Origin: Tubulanus polymorphus
Lineage: Eukaryota > Animalia > Nemertea
NCBI RefSeq assembly: GCF_964204645.1
Contig: NW_027437439.1
Location: forward strand, 75,001-139,000
Length of the DNA stretch: 64,000 bases
Reading direction: 5' to 3'
Of the stretch, positions 1-11,708 are shown piece by piece. Every line of letters begins with the position of its first letter. Position 1 is the first letter of the stretch. The translations under genes were made by a program, and so were the position numbers. The notes under the pieces are model-generated. The model was not told the origin of the DNA. It did no database searches and saw nothing but the letters and a program-made list of their open reading frames with translations.

Positions 1-992
1 AATTAGATTATTATAACCAATTATATTTCCCATCTTTAATACTAAATCATTAGAAATAATTAATAGATTAGGGCCTATACAATAATTAAGTCTTACATGA
101 GATTTATCTAAATAATTTTGATATCTTATAATGTTTTCTGGAATCGATCTATTTTTATCATTATGAATTGAATCTTCAAATAATACTTTGAATTGTTTTT
201 GCGCATCGAATGAAGTGTTATCATTTCCAATTATTGGGGATCTTGTTTCAACTTGAGCGCCTAAAATACATATCAAATAAATTCTAATAGATTGATTTAT
301 TCTTTGTATACCTGATTTTGTAAAACCTTCACCATTTTCTAAAATGAAATTAACCCAACCATTATTATTATCAATTTTATAATTATGATAAGCTGAAATT
401 CTATGCATATAATCAATTCTTTTTATTTCATACTCTTCACCAACACCTTGCAATTTACCATGCGCTCTAAAATCGGAATTAATATTTATATTAAATTCAT
501 TACATATTTTATAAAACTTGGATATATTAATATTATTATCCAATTCTTTAAAATATTTAGACCCGAGAAAGGACATTCTAATTCATTTAATATTATTCTG
601 ATTTGAAAATATGTGTGAAATCTAAATATTGTGTGAATTAATTTTAAATCAGAATACTTCAAATTTTTATCTAAGTTATTTAAATGATCATTCCAACTAA
701 TTCCGCATCCTGTTGTTGCACAATAAACAGCAAAATTTAATTGGTTCTGCCAATATTTCATATTAGATTTTACTTTATATATATGATATTCATCTCGAGT
801 AAAAGTAACTTCATATGTATTAAATATATTTTCCATTTTAGAAATAAAAAACTGTGATTCATAAACATAAATTTCTAAATTAGTTAATGAATTTAAAACT
901 ATATTTTTATATGTAATATTTTTCTTAAAATCTATTGCTGGAATATTATATTTAATTGATTTATTATATTGGAAAGCTTTTGGAAACCCCAT
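1..992 (-). pseudogene. Duplicate of the frameshifted 3733-5027 gene; runs off the left edge
   Basis: The 168-aa ORF differs by one residue (Y/N) and has the same frameshift. Confidence 0.65.
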
Positions 993-1008
993 TTATATAA
1001 TTAAAAAA

Positions 1009-1443
1009 TTAATAATTTATTAATTCTTTTAATAATTTATCTTGTTCTTCAACTGTTATATGACCATTTAAACTTATTATATAATCTAGTGTGTTCTTTA
1101 ATTTATTAATTTCTTTTATATTAGTTTTGATTTTTTCTTTATTACTTCTTATATTTAATTTTGAACTTATACCAGTTAAAACACTTGAACTTAATCCTAA
1201 TACACCAATTGATATAGCTAAAGGTGTTAATGGACTGAATATTGCTAAAAATGTTATTACAGAACTAATTGTAACCGAACCACTTATAATCAAATAATAT
1301 ATAATTTTACTTTTTAAATATTTTTTCTTTTTTATCTTTAAGTCACTTTCAAATTCTAATATTTGTTTTTCTAAATATGTTTTTAATTTAGTTTTATTTA
1401 TATCATGAGGAATAATATCAATACTATCAACTTTATCTTCCAT
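1009..1443 (-). CDS. Duplicate of the 144-aa viral 2-TM protein
   Basis: One amino-acid difference from 5043-5477. Confidence 0.7.
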   Translation of the reverse strand: MEDKVDSIDIIPHDINKTKLKTYLEKQILEFESDLKIKKKKYLKSKIIYYLIISGSVTISSVITFLAIFSPLTPLAISIGVLGLSSSVLTGISSKLNIRSNKEKIKTNIKEINKLKNTLDYIISLNGHITVEEQDKLLKELINY

Positions 1444-1462
1444 TTATTTAGCAAAAAAATTA

Positions 1463-1885
1463 CTAATTAGTAAACTTATAAGCAACAAATATAACAATAA
1501 CAGTTCCACCTAAAATCCAAATTATTTCATATTTCTGTTGTTCTTTACTTGGGGTATAATAATCTGATAATTTAGGTTTGTATAGATGTAATTTTTCTTT
1601 ATTGGTTACTGCGTTATATAAACTCATTGCATCATCAACTGATTGAAAATCTCTGTGTGAAATCTTCTGATTATGTAATTCTTTATTGATGTAATCCATA
1701 TAGTTTTGTCTCTTTTCTCTATATTCTTCTGCAGCTTTATTGTATTTCTCTAACGCTAAGTTATGTCTTCTTTGTTCTCCTAATGAACTATTTTTATCAA
1801 TATGTTTAAATAAATATCCACCACCAGTAAATGCTAAAGCGTTAACAATTGCTGATCCTATAATAGTTATAATTGCAGAAGCCAT
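1463..1885 (-). CDS. Duplicate of the 140-aa viral membrane protein
   Basis: Identical translation to 5497-5919. Confidence 0.7.
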   Translation of the reverse strand: MASAIITIIGSAIVNALAFTGGGYLFKHIDKNSSLGEQRRHNLALEKYNKAAEEYREKRQNYMDYINKELHNQKISHRDFQSVDDAMSLYNAVTNKEKLHLYKPKLSDYYTPSKEQQKYEIIWILGGTVIVIFVAYKFTN

Positions 1886-2076
1886 TTATTTAACAAAAAA
1901 ATTGTGTATTTATATGGGAGGAATATATTTTTGTTTTTCCAAATAATCAATAGTTAAATTAGATAAAGTAACTGCTAATGTTAACTTTAAAATATCATTT
2001 ATATCAAATCTATCAACATTAACACTTCCCATTTTGAATACTTTTTTTAATACCATTGAATAACCAACAGTTCCAA

Positions 2077-2214
2077 TCGAGGGATTCTAACGTATAAAGT
2101 TTCATCGGAATTAATATTTGAAGGGTTATGAGTAATTATATGATGTGATCTTTCTGCTTTAATAGCATTAGATATTCTATGATTCTTAGAAGGATTGATA
2201 TAACTCCCACTCAT
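2077..2214 (-). pseudogene. N-terminal 46 codons of a probable major capsid protein, cut by the duplication junction
   Basis: MSGSYINPSKNHRISNAIKAERSHHIITHNPSNINSDETLYVRIPR with a perfect T7-GT-TAAATAAATG start; not in the ORF track. The MCP call rests on recalled similarity to invertebrate PLV capsid N-termini. Confidence 0.5.
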
Positions 2215-2238
2215 TTATTTAACAAAAAAATTAATTAT

Positions 2239-3710
2239 TTATTTTTTGATATTTTTTGATATCATATTTACTAAACCAAAAATAATAGCACTTACAACTG
2301 TAATTAAAAATAAAATAATATGTTCAGCAGCAAAGTTAAGAATATTACCTGCAGATTTCAATATAAAACCAACAATTGAAGCAATAACTCCTGGCAATGC
2401 TGCAGCAGATTTTTTAGATATTTCCCATAAATATTTTGCTAATTTCTTTAAACCATCCTTAACTTTATCTTGTATAGAATTATTACTTGGAGGTTTATTA
2501 GGAGTGGGAGTAGGAGTAGATTTCAAAGCATTTTAAATAGCTAAACCTATTATTGTAAATAACATAGTAACAGCTGTTAGAATTGAAAGAATTGTTATTC
2601 CTTCTAACTTAAATAATAACTTTATTCTGTCTTTTAATGATATTTCAGAATTTGGTTTAATCAACAAATCTTTAAAAATAACTTTTAATCTATTTATATT
2701 ATAATCATATGATTTTAATAATAATTTAATTTCTTCTTTCTGTACTTCTAAATTATCTTTTAAATTACTAATTTCTTTTTCTAAATATGCATTTCTTTTT
2801 TTAAATTCAATTTCTTCAATAACTTTATTATCTCTATCTAATTTAGGTGTTCTATTTCTTTATTTTTATCAGCTCTATCTTTTTCTAAAGTTCTAATTTT
2901 AAAATCTCTTATACTTTTATCATACGCAATTTTATCAGATGCAAGTCTTATACTAATAATTTCTCTAATTGCTTTATCAGAAAACATATCTAAATCTTCT
3001 AATTCTTGATCTGTTGCATCAAGTAACCCATTCGGTAAAAGTTTTTCAATTGGAACTTTATTTGATTTAAGTTTACTAGTTTTGGAAGTTATATTCTGTT
3101 CAGAAGTTGTTTCTATTCGATCACTAAACTCTTCATTTGTTATTAAATTATTTTCGATTGTTTTAAATAATTTAATAACATTACATTTAAATGTTATAAA
3201 ATTTTCATCTCTTTCTTCTTGTGTAACATCAGTTATTTCATTACTATTACTTATTCTTTTAATTTTAGATAGTTCTACCCTCGACAAAGTTGATTCTGCT
3301 AATAATCTATTTCTATAAGTGATCTTAATATAATAATCCGAATTATCTTTCGCACGATAATAAAATTCACCATTTAAATATTTTAAATCTGGCGCTAAAA
3401 GGTCGGCGCCTTCATCATTGACTAAAATTCCAGATCTTTTTAAAATTGGTTTAATTTCATGAATAATTTCATTATATTCGTATTCTTTTCCTGTTAATTC
3501 TGATACTTCATTTTCAGTACTTATCTCTGAACGTGCATTTTTAACAAAATCATTAGTATCAGGTCTTGTTAAATTAGAATTATATGCTGATTCATCATCA
3601 TTATCAATATTAGTTTTATTAAAATCGGTTTGTGGTTCATCATCAATATATCCTTCATTATCATTGTCCATGTCATCCAATGGAATATCTTCTCCACCTT
3701 CTACATCCAT
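2239..3710 (-). pseudogene. Single viral gene (~490 aa): acidic N-terminus, coiled coil, C-terminal hydrophobic/amphipathic helices; frameshift near 2845 and in-frame TAA at 2533-2535
   Basis: The frame of the 2239-2526 ORF stays open upstream through ~2859 apart from one TAA (SLKDRIKLLFKLEGITILSILTAVTMLFTIIGLAI*NALKSTP). Confidence 0.75.
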
Positions 3711-3732
3711 TTACATAATAAAAAAATTAAAA

Positions 3733-5027
3733 TTAAAAATATAATATTCCTCCGATTACAATTCCTATACAAGTTATAGCTAATTTAGTATTTTCATGGG
3801 ATTTATTATCATCATTTAGTTTAATTATATCATGTTGAATTTTATCAGTTCTATTATTTTCTGATGTATTGTAATCTTTTATTTTAGAATCATTATTTAA
3901 TTTAATATTCTTAGTTTTAGTTTCTGTTGATTGAATGTGTTTTTTATTTTTTTCACCTTCCATTAATTTTGGAGCAGTAATTATCTTTTTATTTATATCA
4001 TTCAATCCAAATGAATTATTTATTGTTGCAGTTTTAATTAGATTATTATAACCAATTATATTTCCCATCTTTAATACTAAATCATTAGAAATAATTAATA
4101 GATTAGGGCCTATACAATAATTAAGTCTTACATGAGATTTATCTAAATAATTTTGATATCTTATAATGTTTTCTGGAATCGATCTATTTTTATCATTATG
4201 AATTGAATCTTCAAATAATACTTTGAATTGTTTTTGCGCATCGAATGAAGTGTTATCATTTCCAATTATTGGGGATCTTGTTTCAACTTGAGCGCCTAAA
4301 ATACATATCAAATAAATTCTAATAGATTGATTTATTCTTTGTATACCTGATTTTGTAAAACCTTCACCATTTTCTAAAATGAAATTAACCCAACCATTAT
4401 TATTATCAATTTTATAATTATGATAAGCTGAAATTCTATGCATATAATCAATTCTTTTTATTTCATACTCTTCACCAACACCTTGCAATTTACCATGCGC
4501 TCTAAAATCGGAATTAATATTTATATTAAATTCATTACATATTTTATAAAACTTGGATATATTAATATTATTATCCAATTCTTTAAAATATTTAGACCCG
4601 AGAAAGGACATTCTAATTCATTTAATATTATTCTGATTTGAAAATATGTGTGAAATCTAAATATTGTGTGAATTAATTTTAAATCAGAATACTTCAAATT
4701 TTTATCTAAGTTATTTAAATGATCATTCCAACTAATTCCGCATCCTGTTGTTGCACAATAAACAGCAAAATTTAATTGGTTCTGCCAATATTTCATATTA
4801 GATTTTACTTTATATATATGATATTCATCTCGAGTAAAAGTAACTTCATATGTATTAAATATATTTTCCATTTTAGAAATAAAAAACTGTGATTCATTAA
4901 CATAAATTTCTAAATTAGTTAATGAATTTAAAACTATATTTTTATATGTAATATTTTTCTTAAAATCTATTGCTGGAATATTATATTTAATTGATTTATT
5001 ATATTGGAAAGCTTTTGGAAACCCCAT
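3733..5027 (-). pseudogene. Single viral gene (~430 aa, C-terminal TM anchor) split by a 1-nt frameshift near 4603
   Basis: The 168-aa and 292-aa ORFs overlap, and only the first has the TAAATG start motif. The join would read ILNELECP|FLGSKYFKEL. The same split is present in the duplicate near 568. Confidence 0.65.
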
Positions 5028-5042
5028 TTATATAATCAAAAA

Positions 5043-5477
5043 TTAATAATTTATTAATTCTTTTAATAATTTATCTTGTTCTTCAACTGTTATATGACCA
5101 TTTAAACTTATTATATAATCTAGTGTGTTCTTTAATTTATTAATTTCTTTTATATTAGTTTTGATTTTTTCTTTATTACTTCTTATATTTAATTTTGAAT
5201 TTATACCAGTTAAAACACTTGAACTTAATCCTAATACACCAATTGATATAGCTAAAGGTGTTAATGGACTGAATATTGCTAAAAATGTTATTACAGAACT
5301 AATTGTAACCGAACCACTTATAATCAAATAATATATAATTTTACTTTTTAAATATTTTTTCTTTTTTATCTTTAAGTCACTTTCAAATTCTAATATTTGT
5401 TTTTCTAAATATGTTTTTAATTTAGTTTTATTTATATCATGAGGAATAATATCAATACTATCAACTTTATCTTCCAT
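5043..5477 (-). CDS. Viral 2-TM protein flanked by coiled coils (144 aa)
   Basis: Hydrophobic hairpin IIYYLIISGS...VLTGI; start motif; copy at 1009-1443 differs by one residue (N/S). Confidence 0.7.
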   Translation of the reverse strand: MEDKVDSIDIIPHDINKTKLKTYLEKQILEFESDLKIKKKKYLKSKIIYYLIISGSVTISSVITFLAIFSPLTPLAISIGVLGLSSSVLTGINSKLNIRSNKEKIKTNIKEINKLKNTLDYIISLNGHITVEEQDKLLKELINY

Positions 5478-5496
5478 TTATTTAGCAAAAAAATTA

Positions 5497-5919
5497 CTAA
5501 TTAGTAAACTTATAAGCAACAAATATAACAATAACAGTTCCACCTAAAATCCAAATTATTTCATATTTCTGTTGTTCTTTACTTGGGGTATAATAATCTG
5601 ATAATTTAGGTTTGTATAGATGTAATTTTTCTTTATTGGTTACTGCGTTATATAAACTCATTGCATCATCAACTGATTGAAAATCTCTGTGTGAAATCTT
5701 CTGATTATGTAATTCTTTATTGATGTAATCCATATAGTTTTGTCTCTTTTCTCTATATTCTTCTGCAGCTTTATTGTATTTCTCTAACGCTAAGTTATGT
5801 CTTCTTTGTTCTCCTAATGAACTATTTTTATCAATATGTTTAAATAAATATCCACCACCAGTAAATGCTAAAGCGTTAACAATTGCTGATCCTATAATAG
5901 TTATAATTGCAGAAGCCAT
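5497..5919 (-). CDS. Viral membrane protein (140 aa) with hydrophobic N- and C-termini and a central coiled coil
   Basis: Intact ORF with start motif; identical protein at 1463-1885. Confidence 0.7.
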   Translation of the reverse strand: MASAIITIIGSAIVNALAFTGGGYLFKHIDKNSSLGEQRRHNLALEKYNKAAEEYREKRQNYMDYINKELHNQKISHRDFQSVDDAMSLYNAVTNKEKLHLYKPKLSDYYTPSKEQQKYEIIWILGGTVIVIFVAYKFTN

Positions 5920-5943
5920 TTATTTAACAAAAAAATTGTGTAT

Positions 5944-6165
5944 TTATATGGGAGGAATATATTTTTGTTTTTCCAAATAATCAATAGTTAAATTAGATAA
6001 AGTAACTGCTAATGTTAACTTTAAAATATCATTTATATCAAATCTATCAACATTAACACTTCCCATTTTGAATACTTTTTTTAATACCATTGAATAACCA
6101 ACAGTTCCAACTGATAGTAATGCACCATTATATAATCCAGTTATTATCCACTTATTATCACTCAT
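5944..6165 (-). CDS. Small two-helix membrane protein (73 aa); its 3' part is duplicated at 1910-2076
   Basis: Start motif T7-GA-TAAATAAATG; two hydrophobic segments. Confidence 0.65.
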   Translation of the reverse strand: MSDNKWIITGLYNGALLSVGTVGYSMVLKKVFKMGSVNVDRFDINDILKLTLAVTLSNLTIDYLEKQKYIPPI

Positions 6166-6507
6166 TTATTTATCAAAAAAATTACTATCATCAAAATATT
6201 TAGTTAACTTATTTATGATTAATTCAACATTTATTTTATTACTAGTTTTATGATTATCATATATTTTGGATAATATGTTTTTAATATCATCAATAATTCC
6301 ATCTTCATTTAATTCATAATATTCTAAAGGTGATTTAATTAAATCAATTACTTTTTCTATATTATACTTTTCTTTATCAATCATTGATGCATTGTTAAAT
6401 GATTTACTTTTTATATCAGTAATTACATCATTTAGTTTAATTCTCATTTCTTTACCATGTTTAAAATCAAACCCAAAACATATACTCGGTCCAACAGTTA
6501 TATTCAT
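6166..6507 (-). CDS. Hypothetical viral protein (113 aa)
   Basis: Intact ORF with T7...TATATAAATG start motif. Confidence 0.6.
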   Translation of the reverse strand: MNITVGPSICFGFDFKHGKEMRIKLNDVITDIKSKSFNNASMIDKEKYNIEKVIDLIKSPLEYYELNEDGIIDDIKNILSKIYDNHKTSNKINVELIINKLTKYFDDSNFFDK

Positions 6508-6524
6508 TTATATAGTGAAAAAAA

Positions 6525-7283
6525 TTACTCTCTACATCTTATAACTAATTCATAAATTACAGGGAAATTATTTAAATCAATTAAGTATCCATTATGATTT
6601 CTAATTTCTAATCTAAAATTATTAAATTTAGGAATGCAAGGTTTGAAATCACATTCTGTTAAATTATAATTTATTTGCGTTCCAAATTCTTTAACATTCT
6701 TCAATGGTAAAATGTTTAGTAAACCAGAATTACAAGTTATATCTTTAGTTGCTTCAAATGTTTTTGTAGGATCGATTAAATTGCAATAAATATAAAAATG
6801 TGTAAAAGGCATTATATTTGGTGTAGCATCAGCATTGAGTATCCTTATATCTGGGGTTATTCCTAAAATTTTAGCTAAAGGTTTTTTAACTAGAAATTGA
6901 TGTTGATCTTCATTACCTAATTGTATTCTTATTTTATCAGAACTATCACTTTTAATCAGTCTTAATCCAAATCCAGCAGATGCACCCATTTTTAACCGAG
7001 CTCTTCTATTAATTTCTTGAGCTAATGTATCTAAATTATATAATCCTGGTTTAAGATAAAGATGAAACCATTTACTTTTATTTCTATCATGAATTAAAAA
7101 GACTCTATGTTCAATAGACTTATCCGATACATTGTAAAAAGAATTACATAAACTTATATTTACTAATTTTAAATCAACACAATTTTTGAATTCTCTGTCT
7201 AATTGTACTAATAAATTATGTGATTTATAATTTGTAAGTTTTCTAGAATCAACAAATATTCTGTATTCTTTTAATTCCGCCAT
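6525..7283 (-). CDS. Minor capsid (penton-like, single jelly-roll) protein
   Basis: Pattern IFVDSR...LxL..SFYNV...GLYN..LAQEIN...FYIYCNLI...NILPL...FRLEIRNHNGYLIDLNN..ELVI resembles Polinton/PLV pentons. Confidence 0.7.
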   Translation of the reverse strand: MAELKEYRIFVDSRKLTNYKSHNLLVQLDREFKNCVDLKLVNISLCNSFYNVSDKSIEHRVFLIHDRNKSKWFHLYLKPGLYNLDTLAQEINRRARLKMGASAGFGLRLIKSDSSDKIRIQLGNEDQHQFLVKKPLAKILGITPDIRILNADATPNIMPFTHFYIYCNLIDPTKTFEATKDITCNSGLLNILPLKNVKEFGTQINYNLTECDFKPCIPKFNNFRLEIRNHNGYLIDLNNFPVIYELVIRCRE

Positions 7284-7300
7284 TTATTTTACATATTTTC

Positions 7301-7642
7301 TCATTCGAAATCTATTTCATGGTGTCCTTTTTCATTCTTACCTTTATATACGAAATAGAAATCTCCAGAACATAATTCTTCTAGATCTTCACTTGATAAT
7401 CTATGAAATCTATCTGGTAAATAAGTTCTGAATTTATGTGTATTTCCTTTTAATCCTTCATATTCTAAGTGTATAACTAATTTATCTCCATATTTGTTAG
7501 TAACTGTAACAATATTTGTAATTAAATATTTCTTGTGAATTGTTAATTCTGTTAACTTTTTGAATTTATAATCTACAGATTTTACATTTGTGGTATCTTT
7601 AATTCTATCTAAGAATTCACTGTGTACTTGTTTACTCTCCAT
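7301..7642 (-). CDS. Small viral protein, possibly OB-fold ssDNA-binding (113 aa)
   Basis: Intact ORF next to polB with a TAAATG start; beta-rich pattern KKLTEL..KKYLI...TNKYG...TYLPDRF. The fold is an inference. Confidence 0.5.
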   Translation of the reverse strand: MESKQVHSEFLDRIKDTTNVKSVDYKFKKLTELTIHKKYLITNIVTVTNKYGDKLVIHLEYEGLKGNTHKFRTYLPDRFHRLSSEDLEELCSGDFYFVYKGKNEKGHHEIDFE

Positions 7643-10493
7643 TTATTATACAAATTTTTATTGAAATTTATTAACACGTTAGAATCCTTTTCATAATTTC
7701 ATTTTCTTTTGTTTCTTCTCTTTTGAATTTCATATATTCATCTAAATTACAACCATAGGCGACTGTGTGGATTCCATCATCTAAAATATATCTTTTATCA
7801 TCAAATGGGTTTAGACTTATCTTCTCTATCTCTTCAATATACATTTCATGATCTTCAGATCTTAAACATTTCATTTTATGTTTTCTAACTTCTTCATTAA
7901 ATATACAATTGATGTAATCTTTGAAATGAATATTCTTTTCTACTACACTTTTAGTAATTCCTTTTAACTTTTTAGCTTCATGTTCTTTAGTTTTATAACT
8001 ATACATTTTAGATCTAATAACAATGAACTCTATCATTTCTTCACCACCTAATTTATCCTTAAACTTCCCTGGAACTTTTTTATTATCATTGCTAAACAAT
8101 TCATGATTTTTTGGATAGTTACTAAAATCAAAATGATGTTTTAATGATTTTAAATCATCTTTTATATTATCACTTTTTATCTTTAATATATAACTGTCAG
8201 TATCTAGATATAATATTTCTATATTTTTTTCTCCAAAATGGGGTTGTAATATGTTATAGTAAAATTGATACATTAATAATTTTGAAATTTCTAGATGCAC
8301 CAACATAAATAGGTTTATTGAACTTCATAGAAGTTCTCCTCATTTTAACTGCTGCTAAATTTTCATCAAATATTCTGTTGCCTATGAATTTCGGATACGA
8401 TTGTAAATGTCTAATTCTTTTACCATTACTAACTAACTCAATATCACTTCTATTTCTTATGTTTTCACATGTTTTTCCATAAAATGCATTATTCATTAAC
8501 TTAAAAAAATCCTTCTCAAAATCAGTTTTAGCTTCAGTTCTCTGTGTAGTATTAAAATCTATATATTTTTCTAACCACTTAGATTGATTAAATGAAATAT
8601 ATCTATGTACTTTTTTTAATATCATTCCTTGATTCAAATAAAACTTCAACATTCTATAATGTACTACATAATTATATTTATCTTCTTGAGTTACCATTAA
8701 CTTTTCAGTATGAACATGATTATCGGGTTTAATTCTTTTTTGATAATTTGATAATTCTTCATGTTTAACAATTTTATGTTCGGGACAATATGCTAAATTT
8801 CTAGATTTGAATTCAATATTTTCGGGGTATTCTAAATCTACAACAAAGAAGTAACCAATATCTGAATCATCTGCAATATCTAGGATTCTTTTCTTCCAAT
8901 CAAATTTATCAATTTGTAAAACTTCAGTTATTTCAAACATCCCATAAGGTTGTGGTTCCATCATTGCCCAACCATAAAGGTTATTTGCATCTATGTATAA
9001 TAATTTATATCCAGGATTATCATTTACATTGAAATATCTATCACCCAATACACCTGAAACACCTCCTCTTATAGATTTTTCAAATAATAGTAATTGATCT
9101 ATATTTGTTAACAAATCCATTTTTATATCTGTAAATTTTAATCCACAATCCCATGTTAATCCTGGTGATGAATAACAATGACAAGGATCAATATTGAAAT
9201 ATTTTAGGTTTACATCTCTAAACCTTTCGAATATATCGGTTAATAATAATACATCTGATTTTAAATATAAATCTACTAATTGTCCATGATTTTTAATTTC
9301 AAAATGATTCCAAATATTCAATGTTCTATTATAAACTTCATCTTTAACATATTCATTTTTTAATTCATCATAGAATTGTTCTTTCAATAATTCAGTTATT
9401 TTAAAATCATTATGATTTTTATAGAAAGAATATGGAATTGCTCCTTTATATCTCATTAATTTAAAATCATCATAATTTGGGTAATATTCTTTTAATATTT
9501 TTAATTCATCATCAACTAATGATTTTGATAAGTTATCTAATGAACTATTTAAAAATCTATATGAATCTATAAATCTTAGACAACCAAATTGGAATATATA
9601 ATTCTCAGATGTTTTAGCTAACATTCTAAATTTATAAGTTGGTATTTTATCTTTTGATCTATTTGAATTTAATATTTCTATTTCATTATTGATTTCTTCT
9701 ATTTTATGACATAGTTGCTTAATGAATAAATGCGCGTCATATCCTGATAGATTATGAAATATAACTGGTACAAAATTAATTTTCTTAGCTTGTAAGTTAC
9801 AATTCTCATGTGCAGCGCCTCTAAACTTTCCGTTCAAATGATCATGGTCTCTTACTTTTTTATCTTTATAATTAAATATCTTTTCACAATAATAACATTT
9901 ATCTGTAAACTCAAATACTTCTTTATCTTCTTCTGTCATAATTATTTCTTTATTTTCATTTAACTTTTCATTAAATTTTATTTCATATTCAATTAATAAG
10001 TCACAAAAATGATTGATAACATTTTCATTTCTATAATGATAATATTCACTTTCAATTAGTTCTGGATAATCAGATTTTATATATAACCCGAAAGCAGCAG
10101 CTGATTGATGAATCTTTTTAATAGTATTTGTTTTTGGTGGTTCTTCTGAATAATCACTTTCATTAGAATTTAATTTCTTTCTTTCATAATATATATCTTT
10201 TCTATCTTTATCTGTTAATTCTTTATTTAATGATTCAAAATCTCCATATATTACAAATGGTACTTTATTTTTGTAATCATATTTTTTGAATTCTAATATT
10301 TTATCCTTTTCATTTGGTAAAACTAATTTACAATAATCATGATTATCACATAGTTGTTTATGATTTAATAATGTACTTTCATTACTAAATTTATGTAAAC
10401 ATTTTCTACATAGATATATTTTATTATCCGAATAACCATAGAAGCGATAACATTAAAAACCTCATTTTCTAATGAGTAACTACAGTTTATTAA

Positions 10494-10530
10494 CACGAAC
10501 GTTTTCGGGATCATATCCCCTCATCAGGTG
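10494..10530 (-). ncRNA. Second copy of the hammerhead in the inverted pLTR
   Basis: Exact reverse complement of 11672-11708. Confidence 0.8.
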
Positions 10531-10540
10531 AAATACAAGA

Positions 10541-11558
10541 GTTAGGCCCAACCTTAGCGAACTTTTGTCTTGCCCATTTTGAAAACTTGCTCCTCTCCAA
10601 AACTAATTACAAACCGACATTATACCTGAGATACGTGGACGATATTTTCGGCATATTTCGAAATGTATCCAGTTATAAACTATTTTTTGAAGAATTGAAT
10701 CGCCTCCATTCTAACCTTAAATTCACTTTTGAACTAGGTCCTAATCTATTACCTTTTCTCGATACCGAAATACAAATTCCGTTAGAAACCGGTAGTGACT
10801 TTATATCTCGAGTGTACAGGAAAGCTTCCAACACAGGCCTACTTTTGAACTTCAACGCCATGTGTCCGTATAAATGGAAAATAGGACTCATCAATACCAT
10901 GCTTTTTCGTGCCTACAATATTTGCAGTGATTGGACCATCTTTTCAGAAGAAATCAATTTCTTGAAAAATCTGTTTAAATCTAATGCGTTTCCTATTCAT
11001 GTCATCGATCAATGTATTAATAGATTTTTGAAATCAAAACAGAACTCAGAACCTCAACCGAAACCTGTTGAAGATGGAATTGATCTATTCATTTCATTAC
11101 CGTATATTGGTAACCCGTCAATCCTATTTGCCCGAAAATTAAAATATCTATTTAAAAGGAATTTTGAAATCAACTTGAAATGTGCATTCACTACGACCAA
11201 AATTAAGAATTTTTTCTCTTTGAAATGTGCTACCCCTAAATCGCTGAAGGCTAAAGTCATATATAAATTTAATTGTTTATGTGATATAAACACTTCCTAT
11301 ATTGGGAAAACTAAACGACATTTGGCCATCAGGATTAAGGAACACAGATCAAAGACTTCTGCGATTGGACAACATCTCGCAATTTGTCACACTTGTGATC
11401 AGGAATTCAGTAACAACAAATTCAAAATTCTAGACAAAGGTTCATCTGATCTCGACTGTAAAATTAGGGAGGCCCTGTTTATTAAAGCGCAACGACCCTC
11501 TTTAAATCAACAATTATTTCAAAACGGCTCATCCTTTATCCTAAATGTATTCAAATAA
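10541..11558 (+). CDS. Penelope RT C-terminal half plus GIY-YIG endonuclease (5'-truncated)
   Basis: LGPTLANF, YLRYVDD, LPFLD, VYRK, LPYIG, then VIYKFNC..SYIGKTKRHLAIRIKEH...REALFI...PSLN. Confidence 0.92.
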
Positions 11559-11671
11559 TTAGTTTGTAATTAAATACTTGGTTTGTAATTAGCTTAGAAT
11601 TTAGCACTTGTAATTTTGTAACTTATGTTGTATATAAACCTGTAGTTTAATCATTTGATCCACTTGTATTT

Positions 11672-11708
11672 CACCTGATGAGGGGATATGATCCCGAAAA
11701 CGTTCGTG
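11672..11708 (+). ncRNA. Minimal hammerhead ribozyme in the Penelope pLTR
   Basis: CAC-CTGATGA-g-GGGAT(atg)ATCCC-GAAA-ACGT-TC-GTG: conserved core, stem II, palindromic stem III and UUC cleavage triplet. Confidence 0.8.

Larger units (their letters stand above)
1..2076 (-). repeat. Tandem duplicate of 4036-6110 (period ~4,034 bp)
   Basis: Near-identical sequence at an offset of 4035, then 4034; ends at TTCCAA (2071-2076 = 6105-6110). Confidence 0.97.

Noticed and set aside
403-5980. Plus-strand ORFs within the virus (403, 1091, 1740, 2246, 3082, 4438, 5125, 5774)
   Set aside because: Antisense shadows of minus-strand genes; they lack the shared start motif.
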